From an uncultured Acidobacteriota bacterium (GTDB lineage: Bacteria; Acidobacteriota; Thermoanaerobaculia; Multivoradales; UBA5704), in contig CAVYRF010000002.1 in NCBI GenBank assembly GCA_963770895.1, forward strand, positions 5,056,001 through 5,120,000: DNA of 64,000 nucleotides, given 5' to 3'. The notes under the pieces are model-generated. The model was not told where the DNA came from. It saw nothing but the letters and a program-made list of their open reading frames with translations, and did not search any database. Positions within the stretch are counted from its first letter, which is position 1; the number at the start of each line of letters is the position of its first letter. Position numbers and translations under genes: made by a program. This document shows, piece after piece, positions 19,301 to 29,815 of this stretch.

Positions 19301-19530
19301 CCGGCGCGCCGGCTGTCCTCACCACGCTCTGGCCGATCGACGATGAAGCCTCGGCAGTGCTGATGCTTTCCTTCCACGCTCATCTGAAGCGAGGCGAAAA
19401 CGCCGCCCAATCGCTGCGCGCCGCCCAGCTTGCCGTGAGGCAGGACGACCGTTGGAGATCGCCCTGCTACTGGGCTGCCTTCGCTCTTACCGGCGACACC
19501 GGCGGCGACCGGAGCGCCCCCTCGCCTTGA
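16333..19530 (+). CDS. Signal peptide + TPR array + CHAT protease
   Basis: Hydrophobic N-terminus; many TPRs; LHIAAH, VLSGCESG, TLWPIDD and YWAAF. Confidence 0.9.
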   Translation: MQQATVYLAAAAVSALVLLSAFSAPAADDFGRAQALWHRATAAAEEGRAGEAIRELRAAAELYRRAGRFNDVVGCLLQLADLERSRDDASAIVDLQAAIEIARTRGLPDLVAAGQAIFATTLYSLGRYQEAASQAEAALPGLRRTGPKSNVMSLLELLGQIEILLGQPAKAVGHLEEALRLDRELGAEPATHATFLHNLGMAYKESGRLQNALPLLQESLRIIEHGGAKNQIARSLTALGMVYMRLGDSSQALDTFARAEAILQSIDDPLDLWLARLGVAQVRGQQGRYDLALPLYENTIAALRRLHAEKDLAQALNSLADLDRHQGRADDAIALEQEAVTLAHKLGSWATEATALNGIAVAESDLGHFERSLSYSERALALHHQAGDGPGEAAALINTAAIYMQIGQPEEALVRSEQALTLARSIADPAAVAGALNLLAAVVLVERPETALAQAEEALAVATGRPGWRPVELQGNMLKGSALLVLGRRDEAAATLTKSRDLSQELGSRCKESEILLLLGSVHYLSRQLPAARQTLENAVHLARENHCAAPSTYYQLMLGQVYAALHLNEPAIAALSAAAAAFETTLGDIRSSQLLAGVIGTNSSPYPTLARLLADAGRTADAFDVAERARARALLHQLEKGPAGNLHRAAAGDLTSEESELRRRLDRLRREAEAEQEKPSDRQDRGLLTYLGNEIDQGRRGYEALLLRLQVADPEYSSLVHAAPLSLAEVRRLLAADTTLVEYFVLDRETLAWVIDRDSAEMVRLPASAALLEQQVRELCTRIARREPVADLAASLHAALLAPLLRFIHHSNLQIVPFGALHAVPFAALGGAGDQPLVATHTVSYLPSASVLPFLAGKRKAGTGRALVLGDPDGSLPHAAAEARSVARLYGVDPLLGPAATETALRARAAQTGILHIAAHVHFDQARPLWSHVALAADAANDGHLEVHEIFSLDLRQARLVVLSGCESGLVRLDQGDNVIGLSRAFLYAGAPAVLTTLWPIDDEASAVLMLSFHAHLKRGENAAQSLRAAQLAVRQDDRWRSPCYWAAFALTGDTGGDRSAPSP

Positions 19531-19688
19531 TTTGCGCCCGGCAGCTGCGCGGTCTCAAGCTTCTGATCCCCAGGTTGGGACCAGGTCGCCGAGATGGGAA
19601 GCTTTTGACGCGATCGACGTCGGCGGCGAAGTGGCGCGAGTGGCCGCGGCCGCGGCACAAGCCGCGCGCCGCGCCCAGTCCGCCGCGG

Positions 19689-20705
19689 TTACTGGTGCAG
19701 GGTGCCGGCCGAGCGGCCGTTGCAGGCGCCTTTGTTCCAGTTGTCGAGGGCGAAATCGTTGATGCAGTTGGCCAGAACCTTACACGGTTCCCAGTTGTCG
19801 TTGCCCCACAGGCGTGACACGTAGTTGCTCGCCCGGGTGTCCTGGCCGAGCAGGTCGCGCGATCCCGTTGCCTGGATGTTGTAAAAGACCACCCACTTCG
19901 CCGTCTCGCTGTTGAAGCCGCTGGGCGTGCCGGTGATCTGGTTTTTGTTGTCGGTGCCCGGAGCGACGAACAGCGCCGCGTCGCCCTTGCGATCGTTCAC
20001 GTATTCGTTCAGATTGCCGCCGCTGCCGGTGAGCGCGATCAGCACCTTCCCCGCGAGCCCTGCCATGGTCGGCCAGGCGCCCCCCTTGGCGGCGTCGCGC
20101 AGGGTCGAACTGCCGCCTTTGAGCGCTCCCGGCTTGTACAGGGTGGCGCCAAGGATGCCATTCACCAGGTTGTCGAGGTCGACCGGCCGGCGACCGCTGC
20201 TCACCTTGGACCAACCCTGCTTTTTGTCCAGGAAGAGGGTGATCGGATCGTGCCCCGGATGCGCGTCGCTCCACTGCTTGATGTCGGTCATGCAGGCTGA
20301 GAGGTTGTTGGTGCCGTTGCCGTTGCCGGTGCAGTTGTTGTCGTTGCCCGATTGGAACAAGGTGCCGGGATTGTGGCGCACGAACCACTGGTGCGCCTGG
20401 CCGCCGGTGACCGCGTCCCGGTGATCCCAGATGTCGATTTCGACGTTCTTCACCTGGTCGAGGACCTCCTTGAAGGTGTTGGCCCCCATCTTCTTGGCGA
20501 CGCCGATCTCGTAGCAGTTGTGACAGGTCTTCTGGAAAACCGCCGGATACTTCGACTGCGCATCCGCCGCCTGCAGGGTGCAGGTGGCGGCGAACGCCGC
20601 GGCCGAGCCCACCGTTGCGGCGAAGGCCGCCAACGCGGCCGATGCTGCAAGTGCGACCAATGGCACCGGCGTGCACATCTTCGGCAAAAGGTTGCGAACC
20701 TTCAT
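19689..20705 (-). CDS. Secreted PI-specific phospholipase C-like enzyme
   Basis: AAGGAGG RBS; signal peptide; HNCYE, VEIDIW, VRH and WSDAHPGHDPITLFLD.K motifs. Confidence 0.8.
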   Translation of the reverse strand: MKVRNLLPKMCTPVPLVALAASAALAAFAATVGSAAAFAATCTLQAADAQSKYPAVFQKTCHNCYEIGVAKKMGANTFKEVLDQVKNVEIDIWDHRDAVTGGQAHQWFVRHNPGTLFQSGNDNNCTGNGNGTNNLSACMTDIKQWSDAHPGHDPITLFLDKKQGWSKVSSGRRPVDLDNLVNGILGATLYKPGALKGGSSTLRDAAKGGAWPTMAGLAGKVLIALTGSGGNLNEYVNDRKGDAALFVAPGTDNKNQITGTPSGFNSETAKWVVFYNIQATGSRDLLGQDTRASNYVSRLWGNDNWEPCKVLANCINDFALDNWNKGACNGRSAGTLHQ

Positions 20706-20857
20706 AACCATCCCTCCTTGGTAGGATCTGGCCGCGAGCAGTCCGCCCGTCGAGCCAGGCAAGGCTCAACCGGTCTGGCGGCCGTTGAACAGATCGAGCA
20801 GCATGGCGACTTCGGCGTCGATGCCGGTGCGCAGGGTGAGGTCGCGATCGGGGGCCA

Positions 20858-21030
20858 CCTACGACAGCTCCTGTCGCAAAGCGTCGGAGACTCAGGCGCT
20901 GCGCGGCACCCTGTCCTTCACCTACATGGCGGGCGACCGCCTGAAGAGCTACGGCGTCACCGGCGGACCGACGGCGAACTGTCCCTACTATAGCAGCGGC
21001 GACGTCGACTCGATGCTCTACTGGTCACCA
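20858..21030 (+). pseudogene. YD/RHS-repeat-like fragment
   Basis: TYDSSCRKASETQ...LSFTYMAGDRLKSY; no start or context. Confidence 0.45.
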
Positions 21031-21078
21031 TTGACCGAGGCCTCCCGATCCTGCTCGGCAGGCCGCCGGGACGCGGGG

Positions 21079-22255
21079 TCAGCTGCGCAGGACCCGAACC
21101 GGGTCGAGGCGGCTGGCTCGGCGGGCTGGAAGGTAGGCTGCGAGCAGGGCGACGAGGGTGAGCAGGATGGCGCTGGCGGCGAAGGAGAGCGGGTCCAGGG
21201 TGCCGACCTCGAACAGCATGGTGCGCAGCAGGTGCGTCAGGAAGATGGCGGCGATGAGGCCGAGGACGACTCCGGCCACGATGAGCATCAGCGCTTCACC
21301 GATCACCTTTTGCAGCACCTGGGCCGTCGACGAACCGAGGGCCATGCGAATGCCGACCTCTCGTTCGCGTTGGGCCGACAGGTAGCTCATCAGGCCGTAG
21401 AGGCCCACGGCGGCAAGGAACAGGGCGAGCAGCGCGAAGGTGCTCACCAAAGCGCCGAGGGCGCGGATGGGAGCGAGAGACGCTTCGATCCATCGCTCCA
21501 TGGTGCTGAGATGGGTGGCGGCGGCGGCGGGATCCAGGTCGGCGAGAGCGGCCATGACCGGCCGGACCACGTTGCGCGGGTCCTTCGTGGTGCGCGCCAC
21601 CAGGCCCATCGACCGGGTTTCGATCTGGGCGCTCGAGAAATAGGCGCCGGGCGGCTCCTCGGCGGTGACGGTGAAGCTACGCGAGTTGTGCACCACGCCG
21701 ACCACGGTGAACCGCTTGGCGCCGTTGACCAGGACATGGCCGTCCGGGTCGGTGCCGGGGAAGTACTGCTGGGCGGCAGCCTGGTTGAGCACCACCACGA
21801 GCGGTGCGTCGCTCTGGTCGCGCCGCTCGATTCCCCGTCCCTTGAGGATCGTCAGGCCCGTCGCCCGGAAATAGCCGGGAGTGATCTTGCGGTACCACAG
21901 CTTGACGCCTTCGGCGGGTTCCGTTCCGCCTTCGATGTGCAGCCGCGAGTCCTGGCTGTCGCCGGAGAACGGCAGGGTCGACGCGGCGCCCGCGGCGCTC
22001 ACGTCGGGCAGCGCCTCGATGCGCTCGATCAGTTCGGTGTAGAACGCCCGCGCCTGCGCCGCCGTCGGGTAGCGGCCGGGCAGGGCGTCCACCTGGAAAA
22101 CCAGCAGTTGCGCGGGGTTGTAGCCGGTTTCGACCTGGCGCAGCCGGCTGAGGCTGTGGATCATCAACCCCGATCCGACGAGCATCACCAGCGCCAGCGC
22201 GATCTCGAGCACCACGAGGAGGTTGGAAGCGCGCCAACCGGTGGTGCGCCCGCCC
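21079..22255 (-). pseudogene. C-terminal half of an ADOP/MacB-FtsX ABC permease
   Basis: LVVLEIALALVML...QREREVGIRMALG...PARRASRLDP; N-terminal half absent. Confidence 0.8.
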
Positions 22256-22509
22256 GCGATGCCGGCGACGCCACGCAGTTCCCGTTCCCCGAGATCTTTC
22301 CCGAGTACATGTCCAACATGAACGTGCTGCGCTGGGTGATCGGGCTCCTGTAGGCGCCCGGCCGCCGTTCAAAGGAGGTCCTCGGGGATCGCGAACTCCA
22401 GGTCGCGAGAGCAGAATTCGCTCCATCCCGCCGGCGCCTCCAGCCAGAGGACGCTCTCGCCGTGCCACATCGACCGCGTCACGCTGACGATGTCGCCGTC
22501 CGCCAACGG

Positions 22510-24399
22510 CTCGCGCGGCGCCCCCTGCCAACCGGGGAAGCGGCGCAGCTCCCGCACCTGGCCGGCAGCGTCCGCGCGGACCTTGGCGTCCGGCGGCCCG
22601 TGACGGTGATCGCCGGCGGTGCCGCGGCGATGCCCATGACCTGGGGCTGGCGCAGGCCGGTGGTGCTGGTGCCGGCGGGCGCCGCCGATTGGCCGCGGGC
22701 GCGGCGGCGAGCGGTCCTGCTGCATGAGATGGCCCATGTGGCGCGCGGCGACAACCTGGCCGTGGTGCTTGCCGCGGTAGCCTGCTCGCTGCATTGGTTC
22801 AACCCGCTGGTCTGGCTCGCGGCGCGCCGGCTGCGCCTGGAAAGCGAGCACGCATGCGACGACCGCGCGCTCGGCGCCGGCGCGGCGCCCTGCGATTACG
22901 CTGCCGACCTGCTCGACATCGCGCGCACCCTGCGCGGTCCGCGCGCCGCGGCGGCGGTCGCCCAGGCGATGGCCGCGAGATCCCAGCTGGAAAGGCGCCT
23001 GCGCATGGTGCTCGACGGCCGGCTCGACCGGCGTGGCGTCTCGCGCCGCAAGGCCCTTCCCGCGTGGTTCGCAGCCGTCGCCGTCGTCGTGCCGCTGGCC
23101 GCGCTTGCGCCCGGCGCCGGCATGGCGGCGCCGCCTGGCGACGTGGCGCCGGCTGGCCGCGCCGCGGCTGCGCCGGCGCCAGCCGCCCTGGCCCGATCCA
23201 CGGCCCCGTTGGCACCGGTCCCTCCGGCCGCTCCCGTGACGCCACCGGCGCCACCCACGGCGTTACCGGCTTCGCCGCTGCCGCCGGTTCCGCCGGCGCC
23301 CGGCGCGGCGGCTGTTGCGGCATCCCAGGACAGCGGCCGGCGGATCAGCTTTCATGACGATGACGGACGGATGAGCTACCGAGAATCGCAGAGCGGTCAC
23401 CTGCTGACCGTGGACAGCCAGGGTTCGAGCGACCTGGCCGACGACCTCGGCGGCATCCGGCGCCTGGCGCCGGGGGCGCAGATGGAGTTCCGCCAAATCG
23501 ATGGCAGCGGCGAACGCGCGCTGCTGGTGCGGGGCGACGCCACCGGACAGCCTGTCTACACGTACCGCGCGGAGGACCGCGATCGGCCGTTCGACGCCGC
23601 CGGGCGTGCGTGGCTCGCCAGCATGCTGCTCCAGCTGGTGCGGGGCAGCGGCCTGGGCGCCGAGGTGCGAGCGGAGCGGTTGCTGCGCGACGGCGGCCCG
23701 CAGGCGGTGATGGCCGAGGTGACGCTGATCCCCGGCGACCATGTGAAGGAGCGCTACCTGAAGGCTCTGCTGTCCCATCCGGGACTGCCGGCCGCGGCCG
23801 TCGAAGACGCCGTGCGCCAAGCCGGCCGCGAGCTTGGCAGCGACCACGCGATGGGTGACGTGCTGATGGCCGCGCTCGACAGCGGACCCGCCACCGATTC
23901 CCTGGCGCTCGCGGTGGCCCAGGCGGCAAGAGGCATCGATGGGGCGCATGAGCGCTGGCGGCCGCTCGCCGCCCTGGTGCAGGGGCGACCGCTGCCACCG
24001 GACGCTCTCGACGCCGTGCTACAGGCCGGACTCGGCATCCACTCCGACTACGAGCTTGGCTCCCTGCTCGCCCTGGCCGCGGCCCGCAACGGCCTCGACG
24101 ATCCGGCGGCGGCGCGCGACTTTCTGGCAGGAGTCGCCGCCCTGGGCAGCGATTCCGAGCGTCACCGGGCGCTGAGCGCCGCAATCCGCCGCGGCGACCT
24201 GAGCCCGCCGCTGGTGCTCCAGGTCCTGCGCACCCTTCCAGCAATCGAGTCCGACTTCGAGCGCAGCCGCTTGCTGATCGAAATCGCCGACCGCTACCAG
24301 CTCGACGGCGACCGGCGAACCGCCTCCGTCGCAGCTCTCCGCTCCATCCACTCGCAACCCGAGCGCGAACGGGCCGAGGCCGCTCTGGCCCGCCGCTGA
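22510..24399 (+). pseudogene. BlaR1/M56 peptidase-family protein, N-terminally truncated
   Basis: LLHEMAH, HWFNPLVW, E.ACDD, then helical repeats; N-terminal TM region and blaI partner missing. Confidence 0.75.
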
Positions 24400-24448
24400 C
24401 GTGGATGGTGGAGCGCGGGCTTGGGGAGCTCGGGCGGCGAGTTGCGGT

Positions 24449-24735
24449 TCACTCCGAGCGCAGGGCTTCGATGGCATCCACCCTGGCGGCGCGCGCCGCG
24501 GGGAGCGCCGATGCGGCCATGGCGGCGGCCAGGATGACCGCGGCCGAGAGAAGCAGCGTCATCGCTCCCGGCGGCCGGACATCCGCAATGAAGCTGCCGA
24601 CCAGGCGTTCGCCGGCCAGTCCGAGCAACAGACCCGCGGCCACGCCCACGATGGCGATCACCAGACCTTCCAGCAGCACCTTGGCGAGGATGCCGTGCGG
24701 CTGCGCTCCGAGGGCCAGGCGGATCCCGAACTCGC
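24449..24735 (-). repeat. Diverged copy of the 3' end of the permease at 34485-34771
   Basis: Ungapped match at offset 10036 bp, about 16 mismatches in 287 bp by hand count. Confidence 0.92.
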
Positions 24736-25266
24736 AAGCGCAACCGCAACCTGAAAACCGGGCGAGGCCACTCTCCGACGGCAACGAACCCTCTCATCTT
24801 TCACCTACACGGTGCTCTCAGCCAAGAGGTGAGCATGGTGCTCACCGAGGACGACTACCTGGATTTCCTCATCTACGTTCACAACTTGCTGCCACCGACC
24901 GTTGAGAAAGCCTTCGAGGAGTCCGCTCTGCTCTTCCTCGGATACGGGCTTGCCGACATGGACTTCAAGGTGCTGTTCCGCAAGATCAACAGCTACTCTG
25001 GGGGACATGGCAGACATTTTGCGGTCCAGATAGATCCTCAACAAACCGGCCTACCCTCTCTGCAAGCCAAGCAAGAGCTCGAGTACCTCACGACGCAGTA
25101 CGAGGCGCAGCGAATCAAAGTCTTCTGGGGCTCCTGCAGGGATTTCGTGAAGGAGCTCCGGCGCCACCTCCGCTCATCTCCTCCCCAATCTTCGCCTCCA
25201 GCCTCAATTCAACCGGCGACCTCACCTCTGCCGTGCAAAACGTCTTCTTGTTCAACGCCTTCATAA
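24736..25266 (+). pseudogene. SIR2-like (SIR2_2) protein, C-terminal part only
   Basis: PLIFHLHG...VLTEDDY...LLFLGYGLADMDF...VFWG. Confidence 0.8.
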
Positions 25267-26948
25267 ACATCCAACCGAGGACTGTTACGGCCAGTGCTCT
25301 GAGCGGCATGAACCTGGCCGACTTCTTGCGCGACGGGCGCGGCCCGCAGGAACGCCACTTGGCTCCGCCGCCGTTTCGCCTCCTCCTATTCGATCAATTC
25401 GAGGAGATCTTTACCACCTATCCGGACCGCTGGTCGAACCGCGAGGATTTTTTCGAGGAGATCGGCGCGGCCCTGGAAAATGACCGTCAGCTCCGTGTGG
25501 CTTTTGCCATGCGTGAGGAATACCTCGCGAGCCTCGACCCGTACCTGGGACGATTTCCGGAGACGCCGAAACGATTTCGCCTCGAGCCCCTGCGGGAGGC
25601 GCCTGCCATAGAAGCCGTTCGTGGTCCTGTCAGCCGGTTCGGGCGCTCATTTGCTCCCGGCGCCGCCGAAGCCCTTGTCGACACCCTGCTCCACCGCTCT
25701 GCCACCAAGCTGGACGGGATGTCAGCGGCGTCCTCGGAGTTCGTCGATCCGTTGCAGCTCCAGGTCGTCTGTAGCCGCTTGTGGAGTGCCCTGGATCGAG
25801 CGGTCAAGACGATCGAGATGGAACACATCAGCGGGTATGCCAACCTCGACCAGGCCCTAGAAGAGTATTTTGACGATTCCATCCGAAAGGTGGTCCAGGA
25901 GACAGGCTTCTCAGAAGCGGCCATCAGGGCCTGGTTCCAGGACAAGCTCATCACGTCGGAGAAGACACGGGGCTTGGTGTTCCAGGGGCAAAACGACGTG
26001 GGCGGCCTCCCCATCGCCGCCGTGCGCGCGCTCGACCTCCATCACCTGGTTCATGCCGAGATGCGCACGGGACAGAGCTGGTATGAGCTGATCCACGACC
26101 GCCTGATCGAGCCCATATTGTGCTCCAACCGGAAATGGCAGCAGGAGACGCTGCTTACGGAGAGCGACGTGGTTGGACGGATCGAGTCACTGGCGTTTCA
26201 CCGCAGCAACGCCCGCAAGCTGCGCAAGGTGATCGATCGGCCCATCCGGGCGCTTTTCCGCTACGCTCAGCGGACCAGTAGCTCTCCTGAGGAGGACACC
26301 GAAGACTGGATTCACGGTGAACGCATCTTTGCGCTTGAGGTGTTGGAAGGTAACGTTCATTTGCGCAGGCTCGATCCCGGCTCCTACCATCGTCTCGAGA
26401 TGCAGTGGCTATCCGAGGTGAAGCGGACCAAGGCTTACCTCTTATGGGAACCTGATGAGGGTTCCCCGGTGCCGCGTCATACCGACGACTACTATTTCGC
26501 CGCTTGCGAAGGGTTCCGCAACGTGCTAGTCAGCCGCGAGTTGAAGGCAGCCGCGGAAAGGTTTGGCCCTTTCGAGAAGTACCTGAAGACTCACTATCTC
26601 GATGCGGCGGGCAAGCTCGACCTCGGCAGGCAAGGGTCGCAAGCCATGCTTACGAGGAAGGCCTACCGGATTTACGAGGTGACCGGAGAAGCCAACCCAG
26701 ACAGTAACTGGCAACATGCCTGCGCTTACGCCCGAATGTTTTACGACAACATCCTCAAGGCGGTCAAGGAGCACGACCCGGAGAGCACCCGCACCGTCCT
26801 GGAGGCCTTTCAGTACAGCCGCGCCGCCGAACATCGCTACCTCATCATCAACTGCTTCGAGGCTGCGATCGCCGTGTACTTCCTCGATTCCGACGTGATC
26901 AAGAGCCTATGGACCGGGCCGGAAGGGCAGCAGACCCTGGCGTTCTAG
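25233..26948 (+). CDS. STAND (nSTAND1-like) ATPase lacking Walker A, with C-terminal repeats; probably truncated
   Basis: LLFDQFEE, MREEY, LEPL, QLQVVC..LW and YELIHD motifs; no GxxGxGK upstream. Confidence 0.7.
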   Translation: MQNVFLFNAFINIQPRTVTASALSGMNLADFLRDGRGPQERHLAPPPFRLLLFDQFEEIFTTYPDRWSNREDFFEEIGAALENDRQLRVAFAMREEYLASLDPYLGRFPETPKRFRLEPLREAPAIEAVRGPVSRFGRSFAPGAAEALVDTLLHRSATKLDGMSAASSEFVDPLQLQVVCSRLWSALDRAVKTIEMEHISGYANLDQALEEYFDDSIRKVVQETGFSEAAIRAWFQDKLITSEKTRGLVFQGQNDVGGLPIAAVRALDLHHLVHAEMRTGQSWYELIHDRLIEPILCSNRKWQQETLLTESDVVGRIESLAFHRSNARKLRKVIDRPIRALFRYAQRTSSSPEEDTEDWIHGERIFALEVLEGNVHLRRLDPGSYHRLEMQWLSEVKRTKAYLLWEPDEGSPVPRHTDDYYFAACEGFRNVLVSRELKAAAERFGPFEKYLKTHYLDAAGKLDLGRQGSQAMLTRKAYRIYEVTGEANPDSNWQHACAYARMFYDNILKAVKEHDPESTRTVLEAFQYSRAAEHRYLIINCFEAAIAVYFLDSDVIKSLWTGPEGQQTLAF

Positions 26949-27722
26949 ACAATATGGAACGTTCTGTGGTTTCTGCGGTCGCAGGCATCTGGACCTCGCA
27001 CGCCGGTAAGGCCGAGGAAGGGCTGCTCGAGCCGGCGGTGCACCCTGTCGTAGGGTGGGTTGAAGAACTGCCCATAGAGTTGAAATCGCCAACACGGGCG
27101 ATCGGCCAGGACTGACCTTCGGCTAACGGCGTTGTCACAGGCGTTGACGCTGAGGTCCCGCCGGTGGTCATGGGCTCCAGTGCCGCAGTCGTCAGGTCAG
27201 TGCTCGTGGTTGCCGGCTCAGCGGTGGTCGCCGGTGTTGTCTCCTCTGTGTGCTCCTCTTACCTGGAGGACACCACCAGAATGAATACCAGTAGCGCAAC
27301 GACGAGCCCCACCAAAAAAAGCCAGGTGAAGCTGTCTTTTTGCCGCGCAGGTACTGGAGACGGTGCGCGGTCTTGCGATGCAGGATTTCCAGGAGGTGGA
27401 ATTTGAGCGTGCTGCGCCGCACGCTGGCCGGCCTCGACGACGATTTCGCTCGCCGCCGTTCCTCGATCACCGTTGCCAGCGTTTTCGACGACTCCCCCGT
27501 TGCCGTTGTGCATCGAGGATTTCACTTCGCTGGGAGGCTGAAGTGGCGGGTCTGCAGCGTGAGGCGTTGGATCTATCACTGACGGTTTCGGCGTCACGGA
27601 ATCGAGCGCCTGAGTCGCAGCCTCCTGGACCCTGCGGCTGTCATCTTCCCGTAAGGCGACCAGGGTGGTCCGAGCGGCCTCCGCCAGTCCCTTGTTGGAT
27701 GCCGTAAGAAGGCGAGCAAGCG
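26945..27722 (-). pseudogene. Remnant of a HEAT-like / TM / Thr-rich stalk protein
   Basis: LARLL...LREDDSRRVQEAA; TM helix; in-frame TAA at 27259 followed by TTPATTAEP stalk; N-terminus replaced by IS sequence. Confidence 0.5.
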
Positions 27723-28136
27723 AGCTCCTCATCGCTCAACCTCTCCCACGCCGTCCCCAGCAGGCCAGCCCTCTGCGCCCGCTCCAGGTACTCCGCAACG
27801 CTCGCCCTCCCCATCCCGCACGCCCGACTGGCCTGCCGCTGGCTCAGGCCGCACACCAGCAGCAGCCGCAACACTTCTTGAACTTTCCTCATCGTAAGTC
27901 TCCGTGCCGGCATCGCCCTCCCTTCGTCGTGAAGGTCGACAATGCCACAGCGTCGGAGCCCTTTTCGTCGCTCGTTCCGACCGGAAGCCGGCCACCCTTC
28001 CGATGCAAGCCGGCCACCCTTCCGGCGACCACCCCAAAGTGGCCGCCTTCGCGTCGGAATGGGTGGCCGCTTTCACCCCGGAATGGTGGCCGCCTTCACG
28101 TCGGCATGCCTGGCCGGCTTCGACCGGAAATACGCA
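27722..28136 (-). mobile_element. istA: IS21-family remnant 1: left end plus istA 5' fragment
   Basis: End TGCGTATTTCCGG... with several GGCCAC-containing subterminal repeats; MPARRLTMRKVQEVLRL...VAEYLERA (ATG 27913). Confidence 0.85.
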
Positions 28137-29282
28137 GGTAGGCTTCGGCGGGCCGCCGCGGCCGATGCAGCGCCACCAGGTGACGGAAATGGTCGGGACC
28201 GCCGGCGTAGCCGCGCTGCCGCACCATCTCGTAGAGCCGCGCTGCGGTCAGCGACGGGTACTCGGCGAGAGTCGTCTGAAGAAACGCCACGTAGGGTTCG
28301 ATCTTCGACGGCCAACGTCGCGGACTCGGCACCGCGACTCCGGCCTGCGCCAGGACGCGCCGCACCGTGTTGTGATGCAGTCCAAGCTGGCGCGCGATCG
28401 TATGCACGCGCCATTTCTCCGTGTGATACAGCCGCAGCACTCGCGCTTCCTGGTCGGCAGCAATCATCGTCGGCTCCTCGCCGGCACCCTGTCGTCTGCG
28501 CCAGCGCGACGCCGCCGGCGCAGGTATCCGAATCGGGCGTAGGGACGGCAGGGAGCACCGCAGAAGCCGCAGACGACGACATCTCCCTGACTCCAAAACA
28601 CCGCCAGCGCCGAACACTGCACCCGCGGTGCCGGCTCTCCCGTCGTGGTGCACAGTGTGAGGGCCGAAGCAAGCTCTGGGGTAGCCTGATGCGTCACTTT
28701 CAGTTCGGCGGCCTGCTGGGTCGCGTGACGCCGCTGCCGGTAGCGTGCCTGGCGGGCCTCGTGCCGGTGGCGCCCCTGCCGGCTCGCTTGGTAGCGCCGC
28801 CCCGCGGCGCGCGACTTCTCCCGCCGGCTACGCTGCGAGCACTCGGAGCCGCAGTACCATTGTCCGCGGTCGCACACCGAGCAGACCGCCACCAGACGCC
28901 GACAGCGCAGACACGCATATAGCCGGTAATCCGGCCGCACCGGCCCTCCCCCTGCCGAGGGGCTGGACGGCGCTCAGAATTGCGGCGATACTGGAGGCCA
29001 GGAACGCGGTGGCAACGCCGTGCTTCCGGGAGAGGCCCAGGAGGGTGACCGCCAAGTCAACTGACCTCCTGGGCCTTCGCCGTCTTCGGCAGCGCCCACC
29101 TTCTAACGAAACGACACCTCGTTTGTCACCTCTTGGCTGGTCGGGCGCCGCGGCGCCCGCGCCCGCCGGTCCAAACCGCCCACCCACCCCGGCGGGGATG
29201 ATGTTGAGGGACCTTCACCACCTCGGTTGGCTGAGAACCGCGATCTTCACCGGATAGCAGCGGGTTTTCTCAGCCGCTGACA
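28137..29282 (-). mobile_element. istA: IS21-family remnant 2: left end, Cys-rich accessory ORF (28464-28940) and interrupted istA (ATG 28467)
   Basis: End TGTCAGCGGC...; IARQLGLHHNTVRRVL...SKIEPY...LYEMVRQRGYAGG...PAEAYL then broken; ORF with C..C...C..CDRG..YC. Confidence 0.82.
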
Positions 29283-29780
29283 AGTAGGCGAGGTCCAGGG
29301 AGGAATGCCGGGTTTGGTAGGGGAGGGGGTGGCGTTACCTTCGCGGGACGGGAGAGCCGGTTGTCGGTCCCGGCCCAGCCACGACGAGCGCTCGGACGGT
29401 TCGGATGCCCGCCGGGAACACTCTCAGATACCGGGCAGGCGGGTGCGGCGAGGTCGAGGGTGGGGGAGTGAGGGGAGGGAGGGCAGAGCGGCTGGCGGCG
29501 AGGCAGCGATGATCGACTCCCTTACCTGGATCGGGTGGGCGGGGGAAGGCTTCGAGTTGCCACCTGGGCCTCGCAGCGGGTGGGTGGAGCGGCGGAACGT
29601 GGTGGGCGCGCAATGCTTGCCATTCCCGGGCCAGGTGTTGCAGGCAGGTCCGGCAGATTCCGCGAAGCAAAGAGCGGTTGGACGGGCAAGAGCAGTGGTC
29701 GGAAATGAAGAAAAGCGACCGCCGGCTCTGCCGGTGTGGGCGAGATAAAGCATCTGGCCAGAGCGAGGCGCGCCGCGTTC

Positions 29781-29809
29781 TTGACGCGGGCCGCTGGGAA
29801 GTCCATGCT
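29781..29809 (+). promoter_or_regulatory. Promoter of the vapBC pair, probably leaderless
   Basis: TTGACG-17 bp-CATGCT, 6 nt before the ATG; no SD. Confidence 0.6.
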
Positions 29810-29815
29810 TGGGCC

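Noticed and set aside
29335-29470. Serine recombinase remnant (YLRV)
   Set aside because: A four-residue match with no further family motifs
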